From positions 186,001-250,000 of the forward strand of contig JALDZX010000001.1 of the NCBI GenBank assembly GCA_022813865.1: a DNA stretch of 64,000 nt. Reading direction: 5' to 3'. This DNA comes from Xylographa opegraphella. Its lineage: Eukaryota. The notes under the pieces were generated by a model. That model was given only the letters and a program-made list of their open reading frames with translations. It made no database searches and had not been told where the DNA came from. The translations under genes were made by a program, and so were the position numbers. Every line of letters begins with the position of its first letter. Position 1 is the stretch's first letter. Below, one piece after another: positions 38,297-49,698 of this stretch.

Positions 38297-39306
38297 TCAT
38301 GTCGCTGCCCCTTGCCACCAAGCTACACAGCCTAGCACGAAGACAACAACCATCGCGTCCTCTACAATCGTAGTGTAAATACCGCTATATCGAGCGATTA
38401 GACTTAGATAACCTTTATAAGGCATTGGCAAGAAATTCGACACCGTTGCCAAAATCCCGCTCTGCGCTATCCTTCCCTTCTCCAAAAAGAAACGACTGGA
38501 TTGCAGGACCAGCTCAGCCGTTGTAAAAATCCAGAATATGCCTGTCTGTGGATCGGACGAAGTCGAATATGGCGCCCTGGAAACACGAGACCCATCGAAA
38601 TGGTATGTAGTCAAGACGTAGATGCCCAACGAAAACGCAAACAACCCATGGATGGCTCTCCAGATGTAGCCAGAATTGTCTTCCGGGTGAACCTGCCCAC
38701 CAGGGGCTGCACCGCCACCAAGCATGGCGGCCAAGCCGGGTGGTAATCCTCCATCGACACCTCCTCCTGGGCCACCGGGCATCCCGCCCATCATCTGCTG
38801 CAGCATTTGCATCATCGGATCCTCCACCCCTCCGCCCATGCCTCCCGGCCCCTGCTGGCCTGGCATGGCGTATGGCGCACCGTACATATCCGGTGGCGGT
38901 GCGCCACTTCTAAGCAGCTGCCGTAGATCAGCCTCCGTAGGTCCATTGTTCTGTCCGAAGCGTGGAGAGGGCGAAGCGCGAGAAGATGTGTATGGGTGGT
39001 TTGTGATATCGACTTCGTCAGGGTCGTCATTCGTCGTAGGCGACTGATACGGTGGTGACGGAGCTAGACAATTATCACATGAGCAGAGTTCCAGGACGAA
39101 CCAGAGGAGTTTCCACGAGAGTGCTCCAATAGCATACCTGGCTCTGGTGGTGGTCTTCCAGACAATTGGGTGATCTTGTCGAGGCGGGCTGAACCTCCAG
39201 CCCTGATCTTCGCATCCCGGCGTTCGCGCCGTATTCGCGCCTGTTTTTGAGATTGTGACTCCTCGCCAGATTCCATCGCGGGGACCGGGCTCACAGGTTG
39301 CTCCAT
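38297..39306 (-). CDS. GET2: GET complex membrane receptor Get2 (Sif1-like)
   Basis: N-terminal basic helix QARIRRERRDAKIRAGGSARLDKIT, a G/P/M-rich linker and three C-terminal TM segments. One intron near 39065-39138. Confidence 0.85.
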
Positions 39307-39455
39307 ATTTTGTCTCCGAACAGCGAAACTGGAGGTCCAGCGTCGGAATTGCGGAGGTTCGATCTGGAGGTCAGATCCCAAAATGGTTAGCGTATATTGT
39401 GCCCATAAATTTATCGCCGCTTAAAGACTGTGAATCTGGTTGATATCTGACTATT

Positions 39456-41558
39456 ATGAGGAAATCATTGGAAGTTGCTAGGAAGACCAGCTCAGATAGC
39501 TGGCTTGTACCGAGTTTCCTATGTCCAGCACTTGCAAGACCTTCCTTGCTTCAAGTGTTTCCTCGGCCTAGGGCACGCCTTTTGAAGCCGGCACCCATAG
39601 TCCCTAAAAGCCTCTTTCGGTGTCTACATGTGCAGGTCAACGAGAGCCCACCTGTTATATACCCTCTAGTTACTTCTCAGCTTTCTCTTTTGCCTTGGAC
39701 TTGTCCAGGGTGTGGCGCCTACACTCAGATTCAAAACGCCGAGGATGCAGGATTTTATACAACCAGTCGCAAGGCAGTGAAGACGTTCGTGTCGGCACGG
39801 AGAAGAGGGCTTCTTGGAACTAGTACAGGAAGGGTAGGGGAAAATGAAGCTGAAGTGGAAGATCCGGACTCGGAGAACTTGATCGACTTAGAGAAAAGTT
39901 ACTTGAAAGGGGACATTGGTGAGCTACAGCTCCCAGATGGGGCACCTCAGGATGCTGTTACGGCCTCCACACCTATGGTAGTCTTTGAGACTCCTAATAC
40001 TCCGGTATGCGATCGTTGTCACCGCCTCCTTCACCACCAAGCAGGAACTTCCATCATTCACCCAACTGTACAGTCTATTGAGGATATCATTGCGGATTCT
40101 CCTTACAAATACAACCATATCTACCATATATTAGATGCTGCAGACTTCCCACTATCCTTGATTCCACAGCTACACCATCATTTATCACTAATGCCACAAC
40201 GGAGCCAAAATCGACGAGCAAAGACGTCCAAATTCTATCATGGGCGAAAAAGTGAAATGAGCTTCATAATCACTCGGTCTGATCTCCTAGCACCTTTAAA
40301 GGAACAGGTAGACTCAATGATGCCATATCTGGTGCAGGTTCTTAGGGATGCGCTGGGTTCATCTGGGAAGGATGTCCGCTTGGGAAATGTTCGTTGTGTG
40401 AGCTCAGAAAGAGGATGGTGGACAAAGCAGCTAAAAGAGGACATATGGGAGCGCGGCGGTGGAGGATGGATGGTTGGAAAGGTAAACGTCGGTAAGAGTT
40501 CTCTGTTCGAGACGGTTTTCCCAAAAGGCCGCAATACAGACATCGATTTCAAAGCTTTGCGGCAAGAAGCCAACGAGACTGGTGCCGGCGCCATACATTT
40601 TCCAGGATCTGGTTCGCAAGAAGACCGCCTCTTGAACACTTCAAGTCAGCAAGTGCTGGCATTGCGGGACGATGTCGAAGACTTGCAAAATGAGTCCTTA
40701 TTACCACCTGTCCCCGAAGAAGTAGCCTATCCTGTCATGCCCATTGTGTCCGCTCTCCCTGGGACAACTGCCTCACCAATCAGGCTTCCGTTCGGCCGCG
40801 GCAGGGGAGAGTTGATAGATCTTCCAGGACTAGATCGTGGTGGCCTCGAGAGGTTTGTCAGCGACAAACATAAATTAGATCTCGTTATGCGGCAAAGGGT
40901 CAAGGCGGAGCAACACGTAGTCCGACCTGGCCAGTCAATCCTTATTGGTAGCTTGATTCGGATTACGCCTCTTTCTTCGGATACTATCCTCTTAGCATGT
41001 CCGTTTGTACCGTTCGAAAGTCATGTCACCAATACAGAGAAAGCCATAGCTGTCCACACTCAGAAGGTGACGTCAGGGCTCTCGAATATCACGAGTGAAG
41101 GGGCAGGAGAAAAGATGGCTTCTGCGGGAGTGTTCCAGCTCAAATGGGACGTGACCAAGCAACGAGCGGGCCCATTGACAGCGTCCACTGCTGTTGGACT
41201 GAAGCCTCAGATCTTACCTTTCGCGGTTCTTTCAGCAGATATACTGATCGAAGGTTGTGGCTGGGTCGAATTAGCTGTCCAGGTACGGAAGAAAGCTCTG
41301 CAAAGTTCTGGGGACGCTCTCGGATCCACCAGCGGCGAAAGCTTGGACTTTCCACGTGTAGAGGTCTTCAGTCCTGAGGGGAAGCATATTGGTATCCGGC
41401 GACCCATGAACGCTTGGGTTACTGGAGGACACCATAAAGCGAAGGCTCGACCTGGGCACGCACGACCAAGGCGCAGTATGAAGGGAGTCAAGAAGAACTT
41501 GAAGAAGCTGGCGCGTGCTGTGTTGGCTGGCGGACAGGTTAAGAAAGATACCCAATAA
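39456..41558 (+). CDS. GEP3: Mitochondrial circularly permuted GTPase (YqeH/NOA1 family)
   Basis: CPGCG and CDRC zinc ligands. Motif order is G4-like TRSD, G1 GKVNVGKS, G2 PGTT, G3 DLPG. The N-terminus looks like a mitochondrial presequence. Confidence 0.9.
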   Translation: MRKSLEVARKTSSDSWLVPSFLCPALARPSLLQVFPRPRARLLKPAPIVPKSLFRCLHVQVNESPPVIYPLVTSQLSLLPWTCPGCGAYTQIQNAEDAGFYTTSRKAVKTFVSARRRGLLGTSTGRVGENEAEVEDPDSENLIDLEKSYLKGDIGELQLPDGAPQDAVTASTPMVVFETPNTPVCDRCHRLLHHQAGTSIIHPTVQSIEDIIADSPYKYNHIYHILDAADFPLSLIPQLHHHLSLMPQRSQNRRAKTSKFYHGRKSEMSFIITRSDLLAPLKEQVDSMMPYLVQVLRDALGSSGKDVRLGNVRCVSSERGWWTKQLKEDIWERGGGGWMVGKVNVGKSSLFETVFPKGRNTDIDFKALRQEANETGAGAIHFPGSGSQEDRLLNTSSQQVLALRDDVEDLQNESLLPPVPEEVAYPVMPIVSALPGTTASPIRLPFGRGRGELIDLPGLDRGGLERFVSDKHKLDLVMRQRVKAEQHVVRPGQSILIGSLIRITPLSSDTILLACPFVPFESHVTNTEKAIAVHTQKVTSGLSNITSEGAGEKMASAGVFQLKWDVTKQRAGPLTASTAVGLKPQILPFAVLSADILIEGCGWVELAVQVRKKALQSSGDALGSTSGESLDFPRVEVFSPEGKHIGIRRPMNAWVTGGHHKAKARPGHARPRRSMKGVKKNLKKLARAVLAGGQVKKDTQ

Positions 41559-41875
41559 TTGTATTGCTGTTTATTTTGAAGTCATGCCGAGCAGAATCAT
41601 TGATTATTTCCGCCCATGATTATCTCCGCGCATCCGTCAGCCGCAGAGATTGACAATGAAAAGTATGGTTTTCTATTTCCTGAGTATGTGATAAAGCTTG
41701 GCTCTGTTAAAATCGATTAGTCCGTGAACCTTCCTCCTGCCTTTTAGCTGTACTGCACATATTTTTTTTATATATGATCACAAGTCGCTTGAGCACAGGG
41801 ATTGTAGCCTTGTTGATACTGCCCGGTCTGTTTGTATGAAAATGGCTCGTTGTATCTCTTTTGGATACGTTTGAA

Positions 41876-42978
41876 TTAATTATTCACATATATTTCGAAA
41901 CGGGCAGATACCATTATCTTCAACCCCCACCCCACTGCCCCGGCATACGTACTCTCATCCCCTACTAATTCTGGCGGAGGGGGTTCATTTGCTTCGGGCG
42001 GTTTCAGCTCATTGGTCAGGCAGTAAAAATAGGACTTAGCCCCAAACGTCTCCTGCTCAAACCCCCGGACCTCTTTCATGGCCCTTAGAATTTCTTGAGC
42101 AGCCTTTTCCTCCCAAGCCTGGATATATGCGGCTCGGGCCTTATAACCTAAGCCCAGCAGTACTTTCAAGATTTCCACTGAACAAGCCTAAAATGGGATG
42201 GCTAAGATCAATGTTTCACGGGGTATTTCAACAAGTTGTACGGTAATGACCCGTATATCATGTAGCCTATGTGGCCTTAAGGAAGGATCATAACCCGTGG
42301 CTAATTTCTCACCCTTATTATGCGAAGTCTCAGCAACCCGGTGACCACAGGTTTTTCAGGCACATTGATCTGAATGTTCCACGGCTTGTCCAGGACCAAC
42401 GGGGGCGAAATTTGATTCAGGGTTCTGTATCGCTTGATGATGAGGACGCTCAGGAGAGCAACTTCGGAAGCCGCAGAGCCGGCAGACCATTATTGAATTG
42501 TGGATATTTCTTGGGTTTTTCAAGCGAGGACGCTTGATTTCTTTTAAGAGGGCGAGTAGCGGACGGGCAAGTTATTCGCATCGACACTGAGCATTGGACC
42601 CCTTCAGAAGCAAAGAAATACGGGCTGCAGTTCACCACTCAAGTATATAAAGCCGGTCAGGTACGGATTTCATTACTATATCTTCCGCATGATACAAAGG
42701 GACCAGCCAAGCGTGTCCGAAGGACCATTTTGCCTTGGTACGTCGGTATCCAAGATGATCATCAGACTTTGGACGTCCCCGAATCAGAAACATGGTCGGA
42801 ACTCTCAGCCGCGCACCGTAATCTGCTCCCTGGACCATCATCACCATCAAGCCTTCAGAATATGTTCGGGGGACCACCATATGCCTTCCCAGCAGCGGTA
42901 CAGGTGACAGGTTTAGGAGCCATTTCAGATGCTTTGGTCGGTCGCATTCGCTGGACTAACCCGGCTGTCATCAAGGAT
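41876..42978. pseudogene. Degraded relic of a fungal PhyH-like 2OG-Fe(II) dioxygenase-fold gene, with pieces on both strands
   Basis: + strand 42176-42978: GWLRSMFH..QQ, PYYAK..FRHIDLN..IQGSVSLDDE, VRISL..PH..GP..RRTILPWY and ALVGRIRW, interrupted by stops. - strand 41876-42172: LKVLLG..AYIQAW..FGAKSYFY. Confidence 0.6.
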
Positions 42979-43333
42979 AGCACTGGTTTTATATGATTCA
43001 CACGAATCATCCACCTTGGTCTCGGTTGCTCTATCTCTTTTGTACACACTTTCACGATTTCAATTCCGACTATCGCCCTTTGAACTTTTATACCCACACC
43101 TAAAGTTGCCCGCTCTCCACGATTTGAGTTCAAGCGGCGGCCCTCAGCAGTACATAAACCACCGCGAAACCCCCCCTCGCTGCTTCTCTCCGTACCACAC
43201 ATCTACACATCCACCACGCAAACAGATATCTCTTGTCTACCAATCACATCCATCATACAATACAACCCTCTTCGACACGAACTCACCACGCCAAACAAAC
43301 CCTCTCCACCAACCCCCCCACCCCCTCACCGCA

Positions 43334-43903
43334 ATGGCCCACCCCTGCGAATTCCGCCTCCCCCTCCGCCACCGCAAAGTCCTCTCCCCAGCCTCCATCA
43401 CCGGCCTGCGCACACGCGGTGACCCAGCCCCCCTCCTCGGCGCGCACCGCATCCTCCTCACGACCTCCTACCACCCGGACGCCTGGCACCCGCGCCGCGA
43501 AGTGCTCATCCCGCACGAACTGCACTCGCTCGCGACATTCGAGTTCCTCGGCTTCGCCACCGCGGCCGCGACCGCGCTGTGGGAGCGCTTCTGCGTGCTG
43601 GGCGAGGAGACGACCATGGGCGGCAGGATGCCGTACGTGTTGGGCTTCGTGGAGGAGTATTTGGACGGCGTGGAGGCGGAGGGGTTGGGGGATGAGAAGG
43701 ACGGTGGGTTTTGGTGGGGGGGGATGGGCTTCGAGTTTGAGGTTGCGGAGAGGGTGAGGGGGATGGGTGGGAGGGGCGCGCTGCGGGCGTTGGTGCGGAT
43801 GAGGTGGCGGTTGCTGGTTCTGTTGGATGAGGTGGTTAGGACGGGGAATAGGGGCTTGTTGAGCGAGTTGCATCCGGCGGCGTTGGCGGTGGGGTTGCGG
43901 TAG
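43334..43903 (+). CDS. Hypothetical protein
   Basis: ATG at 43334, strong GC3 codon bias and a globular-looking sequence (VLIPHELHSLATFEFLGF..LWERF). Confidence 0.6.
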   Translation: MAHPCEFRLPLRHRKVLSPASITGLRTRGDPAPLLGAHRILLTTSYHPDAWHPRREVLIPHELHSLATFEFLGFATAAATALWERFCVLGEETTMGGRMPYVLGFVEEYLDGVEAEGLGDEKDGGFWWGGMGFEFEVAERVRGMGGRGALRALVRMRWRLLVLLDEVVRTGNRGLLSELHPAALAVGLR

Positions 43904-44350
43904 GGAAGGGTGGAGGGGGGGGGGGACCTGGCGCTTTGTCTTTGCTGGGCGGGAGGGGAGGGGAGGAGATGGGAGGCCAGGGAGCGGTCCGGGCATCCAG
44001 CGACGCATACGCCAGTGGCAGCGGTGGTGCGAATACCATATGGATGGGGGTTCAGGAACTGCGGTGTATATATCAGGATCAACATGCTGCATGACGCTTC
44101 ACGAGAAGTCTTCCGGACAGATATGCCTGTCTGTAGCATGGCGTATCTTTCCAGCTGTGCGCATCTGACATACTCAAGGAGACGAATTGAATAAGGGGTT
44201 TAATAGATAGAAAAAAATTGGCCGACGAAACTCCAGCCATGTGAGAAAAAAAGGGGGGGGGTTTGACTAATAAATAAGAGGAAGCTCGAGCTGAGGGTCT
44301 GCATTAATATTTCGAGCAACGGCATTTGCATCCTTCGCTTCGCTTCGCTC

Positions 44351-44378
44351 CTTCTTCTTCTTCTTCTTCTTCTTCTTC
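44351..44378 (+). repeat. (CTT)9 microsatellite
   Basis: Seen directly. Confidence 0.95.
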
Positions 44379-44981
44379 ATCAAACACACACATCTCCAGC
44401 AACCACCCTCCCCCATCGCATATCCCACCAACATAACCGCTTCTTCCGCCCTGTCCGTAGACTAGATATATGTCCCCACCAGCAGGCGTCAATATCACGG
44501 AAACAGCTCACCATCGTCTTCCGTGGCATCGGCTCCCGTGATAATAGAGGTTACTGCACAGTCTTATCTCATCGTGGGCCCGGAGAAGCTATGCGGTGTG
44601 CACTGTGACCTTCTTCAACCAAAATGGCACTGCATTGCGTTGTAGATTCTGGGGATTTTCCGGGAGAGAGAGAGAGTGGGTGTGATTGAAAGCTAGCTTC
44701 GCGAAGGCGAGCCGAGGAACCATGCTCTATCTGCTCTTGCAAGCGACGATGGACACTTCTTCTGCAAACATAATGGATATAAACACCCAGAGCAGTTGTT
44801 CTGGCAATCACGCACAGTATAGCTATCGCGTATAGCAGCTAGCTCACCACCCTCATATCCACCACCGAGCGAAAGCCCACACGTTACAAAACATAAACAC
44901 CCGAGCCACAGGTAATTATAGAAAGCCATCCACGCAAAACCCATCTCGGCCTCCCCCACCCCCCTCCTCGCGCGCATAGTA

Positions 44982-45981
44982 CTATTCGTCGGGAAGACAT
45001 CTCGCCAGTCTGCGCACCCCGCGCTCCACCTTCCGCGCAACAACAGCCCACGTCTCCCCAGCACCACCATCCCCCGGAACCCCAGACAAGTCTTCCCACT
45101 TCTTCCGATCCCGCTCCACTGCCCCATCTCCCACGCCGGCCTCCCCAGGACCCCGATCCCCGTCGACGAGCATCGCTCGGACGCGCTCCGCCGTCACCTG
45201 CTTCCCCACCTGAAGCAGGTGCTGCAGCTTCTGGTAGTCGCCCTCCCAGTGCTGCCCCACCTGCAACGATGCCTCGTAGCGGGCCAGGTCGCGCGACACG
45301 GTGTCGTAGGAGCGTAGTAGCCCTTTGGAGAGAGCCAGCAGCGAGATGCATTTCTGCTGCAGCGGATGCGGGCTGCTTTGGGTCTGCGGCAACGGCCCAG
45401 CGCCGGGGACGGCTTTGAGCGATGGCGAGACGTGATGGGCGAGGCTGGCGGTCAGGATCGAGGTGAGTGCTTCGTGAGCCTTGGTCCGTCGCTCCAAACT
45501 AGCGCCATGTAAGCTTCGAGAAAGCCGCGGAAGCAGATCTATGCTTGAGGCGCTCACGATTCGTGCGCTCGTTTCTCGAGATACGCCAGCAGCGCCTGCT
45601 TCTTCTCTTCCACGGCCGTCTTGAACTGCTCGGCGTGGCTGTCTTTCTGCTTGACGGCTTTCTGCTTCAAGACTCGCTTCGTTTGCAGGAGGAACTGCCT
45701 GGTCTGCAGATTGGCATGGTTCCCTCTCGCTTTCCATGGGTCTGCTTCCGAGGACTTACTGGCTCTGCAGGCGAGCGACGTCTTCCTCCGATTCATCACT
45801 ATTGGCATCAGACAGGATCGTAGCTTGGCGATTGCTCTTGCGAGTCTTGCTCTTCTTTGGACTGGTTGATGGCGAATGGCCCTTGTCCACTAGGATAAAA
45901 TCGGTTGATGAGCAGATGGGATCGGGGAGTGTGAATTTGCATGGAGAACGAACCTAATTTTCTCTTCGCGGCTTTCACCAT
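44982..45981 (-). CDS. Hypothetical coiled-coil protein, four exons
   Basis: MVKAAKRKL start, then GTTCGT, GTAAGT and GTGAGC introns join in frame to a basic/acidic N-terminus and helical segments. Ends WAVVARKVERGVRRLARCLPDE*. Confidence 0.65.
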
Positions 45982-46891
45982 CTTCCCATGGAGATCGTTG
46001 ATGTGCTGCTGTGAAGTGAGTGCTTTGGAGGTGAGTTCGGAGCCGGAAGAATTAGGGCTTAGCTTAATAGAAACCCCCAAAGTCTGATTTGGCCCTATGA
46101 TTGGAAGGAATTATATTTTGGCAATTGCAGCACTGTAGAGCGGTATCGTACGAGAGTCCCCCACAACGAACGGGATCCGTTAGCTTCACATGGCCAATTA
46201 CACGTGAAAAGGAATAAGGACGATAAAGTCGTAGCGAGGAAAAATTCGTGACTTCATGACTATAGACAGTACTCCTCGAGTAAGAACAGTCTGAGCCAGG
46301 CTATCAAGGTATCCAACGACCGTTTCACACGATCGCTCATATCCTTCAGAAGCTAATCGAAGCTCAAAGCGCCGCTAAAGACCCCCAGTACAGTTGATAG
46401 CAAAGTTCATATGAAATGCAAGACTTTTGAAAACCAACGAACATTGCTTCGTAGTATCCGTTCCGTCAACTAGAGATCCTCATACGATGGCGGGTACTGG
46501 CGTAGGAATGCAGGGCATTCCCTCACCGGGAGCAATGAACCAGCCATCATATGGTTCTCTAAGCGCGGAAGATATCTCTCAGGCACTAGTGTGCAATCAG
46601 GCCTCTCCCTCGATCGATTAGCGATCGAGTGATGTCCAGCATAATGACCGTAGTCTTCTACTCTGAGATGTATTCCAACCCGCAGGAAAGCATTTTGATA
46701 ATCAAGCATCTATTTGTTTTGCTTGTCTTCGCAAATTCCGAACTGAACTCCCAACCAAAATAGGATTCTGGACCATGTCGCAAGAGATTTGAAATCATGA
46801 TTAGTATATTTTCTATTCACAGTCAGCTTCAGGGATATGTAGGCGAAGCAAGCTGCAATTGCGGCGTTGGAAATGTGGCTCGCATGCGGTA

Positions 46892-49698
46892 CTATGAACC
46901 GAGCGATAAACCTTGGAAGGAAGCATCCCAGTCGTTGACGGCATGTGCATATGGATTTCTCGACGTCGCGTTCTTCAATTGCGATTTGTACATTTGAGGT
47001 TGCTCCATTCCATTAAATGTACTATATGCCTGGGAGCTGAAGGGTGATGGAGACCTCATGGCTTGTGGAATATTACGCCCGTATTCGTGAAGATTGAGAT
47101 TCAACTGCTGAAGAGCCTGAGGCTGATAATACTGCGCGTAGGCATTTGGAACCATCGTCGAAGACAGTGGAAGTTCTGGACCAACATTCCAAACCGTATC
47201 AAAACCATTAGGCGTAGCTTGAGATCCGGCCACTGGTGTATAACCAGTATTTTCTCTCTTCTGGCGGTTGTTTGATAACAAGTCGCGATCCGAGGTCACT
47301 GCACCAGGTCCCAGTCCAGATGGTAATTGAAGACCAGCGGTCGGTGTGACAAAGGAGGCCGGATTTATTGCTGACATCCATATACGTGTCTTGTATATCT
47401 TGAAGAGATCCGTCACAAGGGAGTTGAAGTTGATATAGGAGTCAGCGAAATAATAGAAGGTTAGCTTCTTCCAGTCCCTGTAATCGAATCAGCGACGATG
47501 TCGTGTCAAAAGCATCAGAAGACCCACATCTGGAACTCTGCATCAAGAATTTCCATGTTCAGATGGTGCTCAAGAACCTTTTGTTGACACATCCTCTTGG
47601 CCTTCGCCTCATTACCCTCTTTCTCTCTCAGGGTCTGAATTTCATGTGTTTGAGCCAGACGCTTGATCATCTTCGGTTTGATTTCGACATTGGATGATTC
47701 CAAAGAGTGTTGTCCAGAAGAACCCATGCCCCCGATTGAACTACCATGGGCGCCACTTATTCCTATCACTGCATTCGGGTTTGTGGCAGGAGGAGAGCCA
47801 TTCTGACCGTGCCGAGAAAACATCATAAGCCACTTATAATGCTCCTCAACGTAGTGTTCCTTCAGCTCCTTTGCCGTCGCCCAATCAACGTTTCCATGGG
47901 CAACAGTTCCCAAGTCTGTTCCTCGATCCGCTTCTACTATAACCAGATCACCCACGTTGACCTGAAGACCAGTTCCTTCTTGAACATAATAGAACTCGGC
48001 TCGAGCGGCCTTGAAAGTCACGAGGTAAAGTAACTGTCCATGACGAGAGTGTGAATGTCCCAGATGTTGGTTACGTGCTTGCTGTTGTTGTTGGTGGTGC
48101 TGAATGTCGTAAGCCTGCTGGAGGAGAGCGGGCGAAGTCGCGGTGTCAAATAGCTCTACCCTCCGTAGGGTAGGGTCCGCGTTCGAAAAGTATGAAGCTG
48201 CGTAGTTGCGAAAACGTAAATGTTCGAGTTCTAATGCCTGTTCTTGGAGAATAACGGTTGAACGAAAATGATCATACTCACCACTGTCACCTTGTGACTG
48301 ACTGCCCAGCCCTTCGCTGTATCCTGGCGGAGATCGCGGATCCGCCACACGACCACTTTGCGCATCCCCGTTCGAACTGATCGAGCCATGGCGAGTCGGA
48401 ACGTCCGCAAACGAATGGCGGCGGCTCTGCGGAATATCTGCGAGACCTCCGAATCCGAGAGAGCTTTGCCATTGTCCCTTCTTAATGCTCTCAAGCTTGC
48501 GATTTTCGGCGAATCCTGTTACAGAGAAATGACTGCTTGCATTGGCGTTAACTTCACTAAACCTTCGGCCAATCGTGCCATAATGATTGTAGCCTTGTTC
48601 GTTGGATAAGTCTTCTATGGTTAGCGGCCCTTCATCAGGCTCCTCCAAAACGCTTTCACTAATTCGACGTTGCAAAGCCCGACCGACCAAGCGCCCAGGC
48701 AGATTCGACATTCCATTAGAACCGTAAGCCGAGTTTGCTGCAGCTATATTCTGCATCTGGCTAGCCGCTGCGGCTTGTCGAAGAATCGCATTTTCCATCG
48801 CTAATTGTTCTATTGTACGAGCCTGTGTCTGTGACAGCTGCACGCCATTGACCTCGGAGCTGCCAGTGCTCTCTTCGTCATCGTCGACCTCTCGTAGTTG
48901 TTCGAGGACAGAGCCATCGTGAAGATCACTTAGCATACTGGGACGAGACGGTCTATGTTGAACTCCAGCATAAGAGGAACCAGCACGTGTGCGTGCTGTG
49001 TGAGTATGCTGTAATTGCACAGGAGGATCGCTCAACAATTCTGGATCTAACTGACCGACAGAATAGGACTGTGATCGATATGTCTTTGGAGTTGGGTGAA
49101 GGGGTATTGCAAAGGGAATGGATGATTCTGTAGCAAGGTTGCGCCTGATTGGAGGACTTGCCAGTGGAGCTTCCCCGAAAAAGCTCGAGCCACCCGAGGG
49201 TAGCACAGTGGTTGGTGACGGAAGAACCTCCTTCAGACGAGACGGAGGACCCTTCTGGGAGTCATTGTTCCATATCGCATTGCCCCACGGAAATGATGCG
49301 CTATTTGAATGACCCCGACCGGTGTTAGATGACGCAGAGGCCCCCATACTGGACGGCCATGGTGTTGTGTCGGCAGCCGGCGTGCCTGGGTGAGAGCCTA
49401 CGGAAGAGTACGAGCCGGTGATGGAACCTTTCCGCTGCGGCGCTTGCTGCGTGTCGCTCAACCATGACTGTCGACGCCCTGACCTCGAAGCCTGTTGATT
49501 CAAGGTCGATACATGCTGTTGCCGCTGCTCAGTTTCGTCATCCGAAGATGCCATTGCTTCAGAATCGGGTGTGGACCGACGTATGCCCGCTTTGGTTTTT
49601 TCGAGCAGCAGAGACGAACTGACTCCGGTATAGCTGGTATTCGAGGACCGTTTTGCGTGTAATTGTTGTACTTGTGCACCAGAAGCTGATGCCATCAT
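46892..49698 (-). CDS. PSP1 C-terminal domain protein
   Basis: Long disordered N-terminus, then LVTFKAAR..GDLVIVEADRGTDLG..EILDAEFQM|DWKKLTFYYF..DLFKIYKTRIWM. One intron near 47479-47527. Confidence 0.9.
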
